Origin: an uncultured delta proteobacterium
Lineage (GTDB): Bacteria > Myxococcota_A > Polyangia > Polyangiales > Polyangiaceae
Length of the DNA stretch: 64,000 nt
Direction: 5' to 3'
Assembly (NCBI GenBank): GCA_963696385.1
Contig: CAVOKF010000005.1
Span: 1,344,001 to 1,408,000 of the forward strand
The position numbers were made by a program, and so were the translations under genes. Below the pieces are notes generated by a model. That model had not been told where the DNA came from and searched no databases. It saw only the letters and a list, made by a program, of their open reading frames with translations. Below, in pieces: positions 10,307-22,789 of this stretch. The first letter of the stretch is position 1, and each line of letters begins with the position of its first letter.

Positions 10307-12334
10307 TTAGTCCCCGCCGCTCTTGACGAACTGCGACCCGTTCCAGACGTAACGAACGCTCGCAGGAGCTGCCCAAGGCAGAAGCAACGGTTCAGTGTCG
10401 GTGCCGGGCGGATCTTGCGCCCATGGGTAGGTCCGCGATGTCCAGCCGAAGACCCGGCCCGGCGACGCCAGCACGTCGAACGACCGTCCACCCGGCGATG
10501 GAACGAATTGAACCATGCCCTGCACGCGTTTGCCCGCCTGCTCACGAGCCGACTCGATCGCGAAAATGCGGCTGATGGTTTCGCCGCTGACGTCGTAAAC
10601 GAACATCACGTCCGAATCGACCGCGGTGCGTCCCGCACCCACGCGCCGAACGCCGCGTACCACGAGATCCGCATCACCGTCTCCGGTCAGGTCGCGCGCC
10701 GACAGGTCCTGGATATCCTGGGGCTCTGCGAACTGGGCCAAGGTCGAGTAGGCGTAGCCCCTCCCTTCCTTGAACCCTGGGCCCAACACCACGATGTCCC
10801 GTCCGATAAGCAGGACCCGTTCCGGTCGATCGTCGCCGGCAACCTGCACTTGAAGATCGGTCTTGGGCCGAACGCTTGCCGGTACGCCGCGGTCGCGCCG
10901 GTATGCGTCGAGGACATCGGCCGCCAGATCGCCACCGCGGACCACCTTGGGAGTCGGGGGCTCCGGTGCTCGCGCCTCCTGCTTCGCGTCGTCGGGTTCG
11001 GTGCCTGCAGCGACCGCCGCTGCGGGCCGGGCTTCCTTTTGGAGCACCTCCTTCGCTTTGGCGAAGCGCGATCCGTCCCATCGGTAGGCCTGCGATCGCA
11101 CCCCGCCCCAGGGCAGCAGAATGGGCTCCGCGTCCAGCGCAGTCGGCTCCTTGTAGGATGACGGATCCCACCCGGTTGCCGGGCGTACACTCACGTCGAT
11201 TTCGCCACGAGAAAAGCGTACCGCGTTGTCGACCTGCCGATCCGACTGGCGCACCAAGACCTCGTGCGTGAATGTCACGCGCGGCTCACTCTTGCGGTCC
11301 ATCGCCGTGAGCACTTCGAGATAATCGCGCGACCCGTCGCCGACGCTGACTCGACGAACGACGACCACGTCCTTTTTGCCTCGCCCCGTGACATCGCGAA
11401 CCTGCAGGCTTATGAGCTCGCCGCCGAGATCGCGAAAAAAGAAGCCGGTTCCGCCCAGGTAGGATGGCCCGCATATGGTCAGATAATGCTCGAAGACCGC
11501 GATTCGTTCGATCGTTCCGTCCCCGGTGAGATCCGCGACCAGGTCGGCGATCGGCGCCGTTTTGGCGAGTCCTTTCGGCGTAAGAAGCTGCTCGATCATC
11601 GAGAGCTCCGGCTCGCTCGGGATCCACGGCATCGTGGCGGGATGGCGCGGGTCGCCCGGGCTGGTTGCGATCACCGTCTCGCCGTGCACGTACCGCGCAA
11701 GTCCGTGAATCCCGACGCGCGTCGCGCGTGCGTCTGCGAGAGAGCCCCACGGGATCGCCGCTTCGATGCTGTATCCCGTGCCGGTAGGCGCCTCCACGAT
11801 CCTCGCGCCAGCGACGCTGCCGTGGTTGCCGAGGCGCACGCTGCCTTCGCTCTCGCCGGGTGTGCCGGCGTAAAGGGCGATATCGTAGCTCGCGTACGCG
11901 CCGGCCGACCGCGGGATCGCCAAGACGATCTCCACATGGTCCTGCCCGGCCAAGAACGAGGACTCCGTCACGTCGGCCGCGATGTAGAGCTTGGCTTCGT
12001 CGTACTGCAGACCGACCTTCATCTCCGTCTTCGGATCCGAGCCTTTGACGGCAACGTCTGCTCGCGCGAGCGGCGGCCACTCGGTGAGGACTCCGTCGAG
12101 TTTGACCGGCCGGTCCTTGTCGACGTGCTCGAGCTGCAGGCCGTCGGCCGCGACTTCCGACGCCCCGCCGCCTCCTCCGTTCAGCGTCTGGATCCCGTGG
12201 GCGGCGGCATATTCGCCGAAAGATCGGTCGTCCCCCTCCGCTGGGCTCTCGGGTCCGGCTATCTGCCGTTGCCCGGCCGAGACGCCTCCGCAGGCCGAGA
12301 GGGTGAGAACCGACGCACATAGCAAGCGACGCAT
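10307..12334 (-). CDS. Lipoprotein with CBM9/DOMON-like domain and two tandem FG-GAP-containing repeats
   Basis: Lipobox LSAC; PVKLDGVLTEW...YDEAKLYIAADV...GYSIEAAIPW is CBM9-like; DLTGDG and DVTGRG Ca-loop motifs. Confidence 0.7.
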   Translation of the reverse strand: MRRLLCASVLTLSACGGVSAGQRQIAGPESPAEGDDRSFGEYAAAHGIQTLNGGGGGASEVAADGLQLEHVDKDRPVKLDGVLTEWPPLARADVAVKGSDPKTEMKVGLQYDEAKLYIAADVTESSFLAGQDHVEIVLAIPRSAGAYASYDIALYAGTPGESEGSVRLGNHGSVAGARIVEAPTGTGYSIEAAIPWGSLADARATRVGIHGLARYVHGETVIATSPGDPRHPATMPWIPSEPELSMIEQLLTPKGLAKTAPIADLVADLTGDGTIERIAVFEHYLTICGPSYLGGTGFFFRDLGGELISLQVRDVTGRGKKDVVVVRRVSVGDGSRDYLEVLTAMDRKSEPRVTFTHEVLVRQSDRQVDNAVRFSRGEIDVSVRPATGWDPSSYKEPTALDAEPILLPWGGVRSQAYRWDGSRFAKAKEVLQKEARPAAAVAAGTEPDDAKQEARAPEPPTPKVVRGGDLAADVLDAYRRDRGVPASVRPKTDLQVQVAGDDRPERVLLIGRDIVVLGPGFKEGRGYAYSTLAQFAEPQDIQDLSARDLTGDGDADLVVRGVRRVGAGRTAVDSDVMFVYDVSGETISRIFAIESAREQAGKRVQGMVQFVPSPGGRSFDVLASPGRVFGWTSRTYPWAQDPPGTDTEPLLLPWAAPASVRYVWNGSQFVKSGGD

Positions 12335-12361
12335 CGCCGTGAACGATAGCAAAACAGCGGT

Positions 12362-15196
<2,835 letters not shown>

Positions 15197-15237
15197 CGAC
15201 CGGTGGTACCACGCCGCCCCGACTCTGCGGGTTCGGT

Positions 15238-16065
15238 TCAGCGCCCAGCTTTGCGCTTCGTGTCCGTCTGATGCTCCGCCTCGAGCTCCTCGAGTGCCGC
15301 CGCGAGTTCCGCTTGGTCGGTACTGGCCGGCGACGCGGTCGTTTCCACCCGCGCTTGCACAGGCGGCGCTTTTGCGCTGGCCTCCTCCGGCGGAAGCATC
15401 CCCATCTTGCGCTTGAGCGCGACCAGATCGTCGTCGGAGCTGTGCGTACGTTCGAGCTCCTGGAACTGCTTCGCGACCGAGTCGCCCGAGAATTCTTCCG
15501 CAAGGTCGGTTTGCGCTTCGGCTTCGGCTTCGATCTGATCGATCTTCTGCGACATGCGATCGAACGTTTCGAACGCGCTGTGATCGCGCAGGCCGCTCAT
15601 CGTCTCTTGAATGGCCTTCTGCGCCTCCGCCCTTTTCTTTCGCGCGATGAGCACGTTGCGCTTGCGCTTCGCCTCTTCGATCTTGTCGTTCAAAAGCCTG
15701 AGCGCCGTCTTGAGCTGATCGACGGCCGTCTTCTGCTTCGTCCACTGATCTTTGAGGGTCGCGCTGAGATCCTCGTATTCGCGCTTTCGGGCTAGTGCTT
15801 CTTTCGCCAGCCCCTCGTTTCCGGCGCGAAGCGCCAGCATCGCGCGACGCTCCCATTCTTGGGCGTTGGCCGTCTCTTGCTCGAATTGCTTGGCGAGGCG
15901 CTTCTCGTCGGCGATGGACGCAGCCACCTGTTTTTTTGCCTCGACGAGCTGGTTGTTCATGTCCAAAACGACCTGGTTCAGCATCTTCTCGGGATCTTCC
16001 GAGCGGCTGATGAGGTCGTTCAGGTTGCTCCTGATGAGTTGTGCGAGGCGGCTAAAGATACCCAT
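15238..16065 (-). CDS. pspA: Phage shock protein A / IM30 family protein
   Basis: MGIFSRLAQLIRSNLNDLISRSEDPEKMLNQ; coiled-coil body; LAKEALARK. Confidence 0.95.
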   Translation of the reverse strand: MGIFSRLAQLIRSNLNDLISRSEDPEKMLNQVVLDMNNQLVEAKKQVAASIADEKRLAKQFEQETANAQEWERRAMLALRAGNEGLAKEALARKREYEDLSATLKDQWTKQKTAVDQLKTALRLLNDKIEEAKRKRNVLIARKKRAEAQKAIQETMSGLRDHSAFETFDRMSQKIDQIEAEAEAQTDLAEEFSGDSVAKQFQELERTHSSDDDLVALKRKMGMLPPEEASAKAPPVQARVETTASPASTDQAELAAALEELEAEHQTDTKRKAGR

Positions 16066-16069
16066 CGGT

Positions 16070-16486
16070 TCACTCAGTCGAAGCCGGCTTCAGGCCTTCC
16101 TTGGCCATTCGCGCGAGCTCTGGAAGTTGCTGTGCGAGGACGACATCGATTTCGTCGAGTGTCGCCTGAAGTTCGTTGAAGTCGAGGTTCTCGAGCTCCA
16201 GCGCGCTCGACAACACGACGCGCGCCTCGTCGATTCCGTAACTGGCGTGGACGAGCTGGCGCACGTTGAGTTCGAGCAGGCGACGGTAGAGTGCGGTGGG
16301 GTTGGATCCAGGCGCAATGTCGCCGATGTGCACCCGGACGACCACGAGCGGTGGCTCTACTCGAACGGCGATGGGAGGCATCCCCCCGGCCGTCCCGACG
16401 AGAAATGTGCCCGGGCGGTCCTCGAGCGACCGGTACGGTCGGTTCAGCCGGAGCAAGTACGCTTCGACGTCCTTCTCGGTGCGCAT
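16070..16486 (-). CDS. YbjN/CesT-like (T3SS-chaperone fold) protein
   Basis: 138 aa; LYRRLLELN...HASYGID...LELENLDFNE pattern; 4 nt upstream of pspA. Confidence 0.75.
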   Translation of the reverse strand: MRTEKDVEAYLLRLNRPYRSLEDRPGTFLVGTAGGMPPIAVRVEPPLVVVRVHIGDIAPGSNPTALYRRLLELNVRQLVHASYGIDEARVVLSSALELENLDFNELQATLDEIDVVLAQQLPELARMAKEGLKPASTE

Positions 16487-16568
16487 GGGCCGGGAGCCTA
16501 GACGCGTGCGGCCTCCGACTCAACGCTCGATCGCAGCCGATTCTGTTGCATCGCGCGTTTGAAGGCTT

Positions 16569-17369
16569 ATGGGTATTGGGTCGATGGCCACCCCAGCTCC
16601 CCCGCGCCGTGCGCAGGCATACGTCATCCTCCCTCTGGCGCTAGCCGTCCTCGGCGCCATTTTGGCCGCGCAGACCGTCGGCCGCGACCCGCGCTACCTC
16701 GTGGGTCTCGCCGCGCTCGCGGCTCTGCTTGCGGCCCCGACGGCCATCGGGCGATGGCGCATGCGCAAGATCCTGATCTCTGGCGACGTCGAGCGCGTCA
16801 TCGGCACGTGGGAGGGCTCGGTACGGCTCGTGCCGCACCGAGACACGATGGCCCCGCTGCTCAAGGCGACAGCGTATGCCGCCTATGGCTGCATCGAGCC
16901 CTCGCGGCGCGCTCTCGATCGCGCGGCTCGAGGGCCGGCGTGGGACGCCGCGCTCGAACAGCGCCTTTTCGTGGAAACGCTGCTGGACACGTTCGAGGGA
17001 GACAATGACGCCGCCCTTCGCAAGGCGTCGGTTCTCGAAGGCCTTCCCGTGCCGTCAGCCGGCTTGCTTGTGCGCCGTCGCATTGCTCTCTTGCGCCGCG
17101 GCCTGGCTGCGCTCGTCCGAGCGTTCGCCCACTCCAGTCGCCGCAATGATGCGCACCTTCTGGCCAGGGCCGCCGCCGCATCGCCGCTCGTCCATTGGGC
17201 AATGCGGTATGCAGCCGCCATCGTGGCGGTCGATCAGGGGCGGGCTCGCGACGTGTCATCGCTTCTCTCCGGAGCACCCGAGTGGCCCGCGCAGAGTGCC
17301 TTTCATACCTTTCACCACGATCTTCTCGCGCGGGTGGCGCGGGACGGGGCCCTTGCGGCCCCGTCCTGA
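16569..17369 (+). CDS. Hypothetical membrane protein (two N-terminal TMs, helical/TPR-like body)
   Basis: Hydrophobic N-terminal pair and Ala/Leu-rich helices; fills the gap divergent from ybjN. Confidence 0.7.
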   Translation: MGIGSMATPAPPRRAQAYVILPLALAVLGAILAAQTVGRDPRYLVGLAALAALLAAPTAIGRWRMRKILISGDVERVIGTWEGSVRLVPHRDTMAPLLKATAYAAYGCIEPSRRALDRAARGPAWDAALEQRLFVETLLDTFEGDNDAALRKASVLEGLPVPSAGLLVRRRIALLRRGLAALVRAFAHSSRRNDAHLLARAAAASPLVHWAMRYAAAIVAVDQGRARDVSSLLSGAPEWPAQSAFHTFHHDLLARVARDGALAAPS

Positions 17370-17430
17370 GCGATGATCGGGTCATGAATGCGACTCCCCG
17401 AAGCGCAACTCAGCTTACAATTTAGTGCTG

Positions 17431-19224
17431 ATGACCGAGGCATTCGCCCGCGGCGATAGGCGGCCCCAGCTCGAAAAGTACGAAATCCGCGAGGAGATCG
17501 GACGCGGGGGGATGGCGACGGTATACCGCGCGCTCGATCGGCGGCTCGGACGCGAGGTGGCGGTAAAGGTCATTCATCCGCATCTGCGCGAATCGTTGGA
17601 GGTGGCCTCGCGCTTCCGTACGGAGGCTCAGGCGGTGGCCAAGTTGCGTCACCCGAACATCGTCGAGGTTTACGACGTAAGCGGTGTGGACGAACCGGAG
17701 CAGTACCTTGTCGTCGAGCTGGTTCGGGGTACGACCCTGCGTCGCCTCCTGCAGGATCTGGGGCCCATGCCGCCGGAGATTGCGGCGGCGATTGCCGTCG
17801 AGCTTCTCGAAGCGCTGGCTCACGCCCACGCGTGTGGGGTTGTCCATCGTGACCTAAAGCCGGAGAACGTCCTCATCGAGCACCGCTCCGCGCCGTTCGC
17901 CGCGGCCGACAATCGGGCTGAGCGCGGCAGCCGGGTATCGGTCAAGTTGACCGACTTCGGAATTGCGAAGCTCCTCGACGCGCAGGGTGTCACCTCCACG
18001 GGACAGGTTCTGGGGAGTCCGGCGCACATGGCCCCGGAGCAAATCGAAGGCGGCGAGGTCGACGCGCGATCGGACGTCTTCGGCCTCGGGGTGCTTCTCT
18101 ACGAGTGCATGGTCGGCCATTTGCCGTTCGAGGGGAGCAACCCGGCACAAGTACTACGGCGCGTGCTCGATGGAACGTATTGCCCGGCGAACCTCGAGGA
18201 GCCGCGCATCGGCGCTCGATGGAGCGCCATCATCGACCGCGCGCTCATGGGCACACGCCAGGAGCGATTCGCCGACGCACACGCGATGCGTGACGCCCTC
18301 GTTGCGGAGCTCAAGCGCCTCGGCTTTTGGCCTGCCGATCGGGATCTCGAGGCCGCGTTGGACGATCCCGCGGCATTTGCCGCGTCGCACGCTCAACGGA
18401 TCGTCGAGCGGCTCCGCGAGCTCGCGGACGAAGCGCGAAGGGGCGGCCGGACGCTCGCGGCCGCGTCCGATTACAACCGCGCCTTGGCGAACGCGCCGGA
18501 TGACCCGGGGCTTCTGCGAATGGTCGCGCGAATCCATCGGGTAGAGCTTCGCAATCGGGCTCTTCATCGACTTGGCGCAGGGCTCGCCGCCGTAGCGGCG
18601 ATGGCGGCCGTCGGATACGGGATTCATCGAGGGGTGCGCCGTGGGTTGGGGCATCACGTTCGCGGGACCGAACGCGGAGGCCTTATCGCGCCTCTCCCCG
18701 CGGTCGCCGACGGTGCATCGTTGGCGGAGCCGCGCACGGCAGCTTCGACGATCGCGCCAGCCGAGAGCGCGAGCTCGTCTCGCTTTGCGCGCGCAGCCCC
18801 TTCGAAACCGATCGAGCGCGCGCTCACGATCGATCTGACGCCGCCCATGGGAGTCGTCGTGGCCGTCGACCGCCAGCCGGCGCTGTCGGTGAGCACCGGA
18901 GACGTGCTGACGGTCGACTCGCATGCGCACGTGCTTTCCTTTTCCTGCTCCGTTTGCACGGGCATCCAGGTCCCGGTAGCGTCGGGCGATCGAGACGAGA
19001 CGCTGTTCGTTTCGGTCCCCATCAAGCCCGCCATCTTGGTGGTCGAGGGCGACGTCGAAGTGACCTATCAGATGACCGAGCATCCGGCGATCACCGTTCG
19101 CGCCGGGACGAATACCATCGCGCTCAAGAGCGCATTCGAGCGCGTCACCGTCAAGCAGATCGAGACGGGAACGTCCGTTCCCGTTCGACTCGAGGCCGGT
19201 AAGACGGTTCGTGTTCGCTTTTAG
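17431..19224 (+). CDS. Ser/Thr protein kinase with TPR-like helix, TM and extracytoplasmic domain
   Basis: GRGGMATVY, VAVKVI, HRDLKPEN, DFG, GSPAHMAPE. Confidence 0.94.
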   Translation: MTEAFARGDRRPQLEKYEIREEIGRGGMATVYRALDRRLGREVAVKVIHPHLRESLEVASRFRTEAQAVAKLRHPNIVEVYDVSGVDEPEQYLVVELVRGTTLRRLLQDLGPMPPEIAAAIAVELLEALAHAHACGVVHRDLKPENVLIEHRSAPFAAADNRAERGSRVSVKLTDFGIAKLLDAQGVTSTGQVLGSPAHMAPEQIEGGEVDARSDVFGLGVLLYECMVGHLPFEGSNPAQVLRRVLDGTYCPANLEEPRIGARWSAIIDRALMGTRQERFADAHAMRDALVAELKRLGFWPADRDLEAALDDPAAFAASHAQRIVERLRELADEARRGGRTLAAASDYNRALANAPDDPGLLRMVARIHRVELRNRALHRLGAGLAAVAAMAAVGYGIHRGVRRGLGHHVRGTERGGLIAPLPAVADGASLAEPRTAASTIAPAESASSSRFARAAPSKPIERALTIDLTPPMGVVVAVDRQPALSVSTGDVLTVDSHAHVLSFSCSVCTGIQVPVASGDRDETLFVSVPIKPAILVVEGDVEVTYQMTEHPAITVRAGTNTIALKSAFERVTVKQIETGTSVPVRLEAGKTVRVRF

Positions 19225-19262
19225 ACTCGACGAAAAATCGGTTGCAGTCGTCGAGGGCATGG

Positions 19263-20189
19263 ATGGATCGTTCCGGCGTGCGCAAGGCGCTGACACGGGT
19301 CGTAACGACGTGGGCCGCACTTTCCGCTGCCAGCGGGCCTTCCGACGCGCGCGCCGACGCATCGAGCGACGTCGAGAAGGCTCATAGCGCGTATGTCGCG
19401 CACAAGTACGAAGACGCGGAAAAACGTCTTCGCGCGCTGTTGGACGCGCATGCCGGGCCGCTCGACAATCCGGATGCGGTCGCGGACGCTCGCATGTACC
19501 TCGGCGCAGTGCTCGTCGCCGAGGGCAAGAAGGACCAGGCGGCTGAGGTATTCGAAGCCTTGCTCTTGGATCGACCCGACTACCAGCCGGACCCGCTGCG
19601 GGTATCGCTTCAGGCGATCGACGCGTTGATCGACGCTCGGACGCGACTGCGCGACAGACTGGAGGCGATCACGGCGCAAAGAGTGCGAAAGGCGCAAGAG
19701 GAGAAAGCGAGGATCGAAGCCGAGAAGCATCGGGAGGCTACGCGGTTGGCTCTCCTCGAGAAGTGGGCGAGTGAAGAGGTGTTCATCGAGCACAACTCGC
19801 GCTGGAAGGCCCTCGTGCCATTCGGCGCGGGTCAGTTTCAGAATCGGCAACCGACGCTGGGGTGGTCGTTGGTTGTGACTGAAGCTCTGTGGGTCGTTGG
19901 CAGCGCAGTCGGGGCTTCTCTCACGGTGTACAACGTCAATCAGGCGAACGCGGCGATTACGCGTCGAGACGCGACTGCGGCGCAGGCCTACCAAGGTCGG
20001 GCTCACGATGCGGCCCTATGGGGCGACTCGTTTGCCGCGGCATTTGCCATCACCGCGCTCGTCGGGATCGTCCATGCGGAGGTCACCTTCGTTCCGCAAC
20101 GCGTCGAGGTGCACAAGCGCGCCATTCCCGACGTCACATGGCGGCCGTTCATGGGCCCCGGCGCATTGGGCGTTGTCGGGACTTATTGA
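19263..20189 (+). CDS. Exported TPR-containing hypothetical protein
   Basis: Signal peptide ending ARA; TPR-like ARMYLGAVLVAEGKKDQAAEVFEALL; LVPFGAGQFQN hydrophobic C-terminal region. Confidence 0.72.
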   Translation: MDRSGVRKALTRVVTTWAALSAASGPSDARADASSDVEKAHSAYVAHKYEDAEKRLRALLDAHAGPLDNPDAVADARMYLGAVLVAEGKKDQAAEVFEALLLDRPDYQPDPLRVSLQAIDALIDARTRLRDRLEAITAQRVRKAQEEKARIEAEKHREATRLALLEKWASEEVFIEHNSRWKALVPFGAGQFQNRQPTLGWSLVVTEALWVVGSAVGASLTVYNVNQANAAITRRDATAAQAYQGRAHDAALWGDSFAAAFAITALVGIVHAEVTFVPQRVEVHKRAIPDVTWRPFMGPGALGVVGTY

Positions 20190-20313
20190 GACGCGGCTGT
20201 GGGAAGGCCTAGCGCCCGGCTGGGTTTTGGGCCATTTACACCGACGCCGGACGACGATTGCGGGGGACCGCGAACATCCCCAATGTGGGGCCAAATCCTT
20301 AATAAGAGGCAAA

Positions 20314-21765
20314 GTGCGCATCGGCACCTACACGATTCCTACTGGACTTACGGTACTGTTGTCTTTTTATGGTTGCGCCGCACAGTCGAACTCTTCGTCT
20401 GGCGGCGGCAGCTCGAACGGCAGCGCGTCGAGCGCCTCCGAGACCAGTTCGACCTCGACCGGTTCTGCGGGGGGCGGGGCGAGCAGCTCGAGTCAGGGCG
20501 GCTCCGCCTCGAGCGCATCGGGTAGCTCCGGTTCGGCGTCGAGCAGCAGCTCGAACGGTGGCGCAAGTGCCACATCGAGCTCCAGTTCGGGCGCTGGCGC
20601 GTCCGCATGCACGTTACCGAGTGGGTCAACACCCACCGGTGCATTTGCGTTTCCTCAGAACAAGAAACTCTCGAACTGCACGTATCCGAGCGCGGCAACC
20701 CCAGAGCTCGTCTGCAACGCGTACAACAAGTGGTACGCCGGTATTACCACCACGACCGGAGCGCCGAGCGGTCGACGTGTCTACGACAAGACCTTCGACT
20801 CGGGCAACACGACGTCGGAGGGCATGGGCTACGGAATGCTCATTGCCGTGTACATGGGAGACAAGCCCACGTTCGACGCGTTTTGGCAATATGTCAAATC
20901 CGAGTTGTTCAACGGCTTGATGGGCTGGCACATCAATGCGACGGGCACTGCCATCGATCAGCACTCGGCGACCGACGCCGACGAAGACATGGCCTGGGCG
21001 TTGCTCATGGCAGACAAACAATGGGGCGGCAGCCCGTCATCCGGGGGAGGCACGTATCTGTCGTCGGCCACGAGCATGATCAGCAGCATCAAGAGTTCCG
21101 AGATGACCGGCAATCTGCCCACCGACGGCGACTACAGCGCGCCCGTGACCCATCCGGATTACGCGGCTCCGGACTACAATGCCGAATTCGCGACGGCTTC
21201 CGGCGATTCGAGCTGGAATGCGGTGAGTGCGGCCGAGTATGCGGCATTCGAGTCGGCCCGCAACGCGACGAGCGGCCTCATTCCGGACGCGACAACAGGA
21301 ACCGGCAACAACGTCTTCGGCTTCGACGCGTGCCGCGCGCCGTGGCGCGTCGGTGTCGACTACTGCTGGCACGGCAACGGGACGCAGACTTTCGGGCCAA
21401 CGCAGTTTCTGGGGCCGATGATGACCACCTTCAAGGGGTTGGCCGGAGCCACCTACCCCGGGACACTCGAGCTTCCGCTGAGTTTGACCGGATCGCCCAT
21501 GGCCGGCGCCACGACGACGGGGACGACGACGCAGCCGTCGCTTACCGGTGCGATTTCCGGGCCCGCTGCCGTTGCCGCGATGATGAGCTCCGCCAATCAG
21601 GCCTTCATCGATTCGTCGTGGCTTTGGCTGAAATCCTATGTGCCCACGGCGTCGACCGGCGGCATCTACGGCGCGGATGGGGACTACTTCGGTAGCACCC
21701 TGGCACTGCTCGCGATGATCATGCTCGACGGAGACTTCATCGATTACACCAACCCGCCCCCCTGA
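20314..21765 (+). CDS. Glycoside hydrolase family 8 lipoprotein with Ser/Gly-rich linker
   Basis: TSEGMGYGML and SATDADEDMAWALL GH8 motifs; GTG start after AGAGG; lipobox-like FYGC. Confidence 0.88.
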   Translation: MRIGTYTIPTGLTVLLSFYGCAAQSNSSSGGGSSNGSASSASETSSTSTGSAGGGASSSSQGGSASSASGSSGSASSSSSNGGASATSSSSSGAGASACTLPSGSTPTGAFAFPQNKKLSNCTYPSAATPELVCNAYNKWYAGITTTTGAPSGRRVYDKTFDSGNTTSEGMGYGMLIAVYMGDKPTFDAFWQYVKSELFNGLMGWHINATGTAIDQHSATDADEDMAWALLMADKQWGGSPSSGGGTYLSSATSMISSIKSSEMTGNLPTDGDYSAPVTHPDYAAPDYNAEFATASGDSSWNAVSAAEYAAFESARNATSGLIPDATTGTGNNVFGFDACRAPWRVGVDYCWHGNGTQTFGPTQFLGPMMTTFKGLAGATYPGTLELPLSLTGSPMAGATTTGTTTQPSLTGAISGPAAVAAMMSSANQAFIDSSWLWLKSYVPTASTGGIYGADGDYFGSTLALLAMIMLDGDFIDYTNPPP

Positions 21766-21866
21766 CGGGTTCCGCGTCGGGGCCGTCGCGCGCCTCGCGC
21801 ACCGCCGCGGGCCAGGGTGGGCGAGGAATCGTTGCTTTTTCCGATCGCCATGGGCCGTCGTAACGC

Positions 21867-22789
21867 TCAAAGAGCTTCGCGAACGAACAGATCTTCGAGC
21901 GTTTCCCTTTTGGGCATGATGCTTTGCAGCCTCGCCCCCTCGGCGAGGACGCGCTCGACCACGGCGCGCACGGCGGCGTCGCCTTCGACCTCCATCACCA
22001 GCGTGTCGCCCACTTGGCGCGCCGAGCTCGTCACAGGCTCGAGACCCAGGCGAAGCGCGTCCGTCGCCCCGGCCACGGTGATCTCACTGCGGCGCTTGCC
22101 CTCCGCGAGGAGCTCGTTGAGAGATCCCGACACGACCACTTGTCCCTTTCGCATGATGGACACGCGATCGCAAAGCATCTCGACGTCACTCAGAATGTGA
22201 CTCGAGAAGAAAACGGTCCGGCCGCGATGGCGCTCCTCCACGATGAGGTCGCGCACCTCCTTGCGTCCGACCGGGTCTAGGCCGCTCATCGGCTCGTCGA
22301 GGATCAGTAGCTCGGGATCGTGAACGAGCGTTGCGGCGAGGGCGGTACGCTGCAGCATGCCTTTCGAAAGGGACTTGGCCGGTCGATCGATGGCCTCCGC
22401 GAGGCCGACCCGTTCGATGACGCCGAGGACTCGTTCGCGCAGCCGAACCCCGGATAGCCCGGACAGTCGAGCGCAGAGCGTCACGAACTCGCGCGGCGTC
22501 AGGTAAGGATGAACGTATGCATTTCGGGAAGGAAGCCGACCTGCGCCATCGCATCGGGCGCCGGGATACGCGCGCCGAAAATTTCCATCCTGCCGCGCGT
22601 CGGGGCGACGAGTCCTGCCAGCATCTTGATCGTCGTGGTCTTGCCGGCTCCGTTCGGTCCGAGGAATCCGAAAATCTCGCCGCGCCGCACGTTCAGGCAG
22701 ACGCCTCGCACGGCATCTACACGCCGCCGGGTAAACGGCTTGCGGTACTGCTTGGTCACGTCGACCGCGATGAGCACGGCTTCGGTCAC
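21867..22789 (-). CDS. ABC transporter ATP-binding protein (PilH/CcmA-like; -1 frameshift near 22523)
   Basis: Walker A GPNGAGKTT, LSKGMLQR, LILDEP, SSHIL. The halves join if one A is added in GAAAT (PEN-AYVHPYLT). Confidence 0.88.

Noticed and set aside
15197..15856. 220-aa N-terminal extension of the P-type ATPase
   Set aside because: It overlaps pspA in another frame and has shadow-ORF composition.
19897..20313. N-terminal extension of the GH8 ORF
   Set aside because: It overlaps the upstream TPR gene; the RBS and signal peptide point to GTG 20314.
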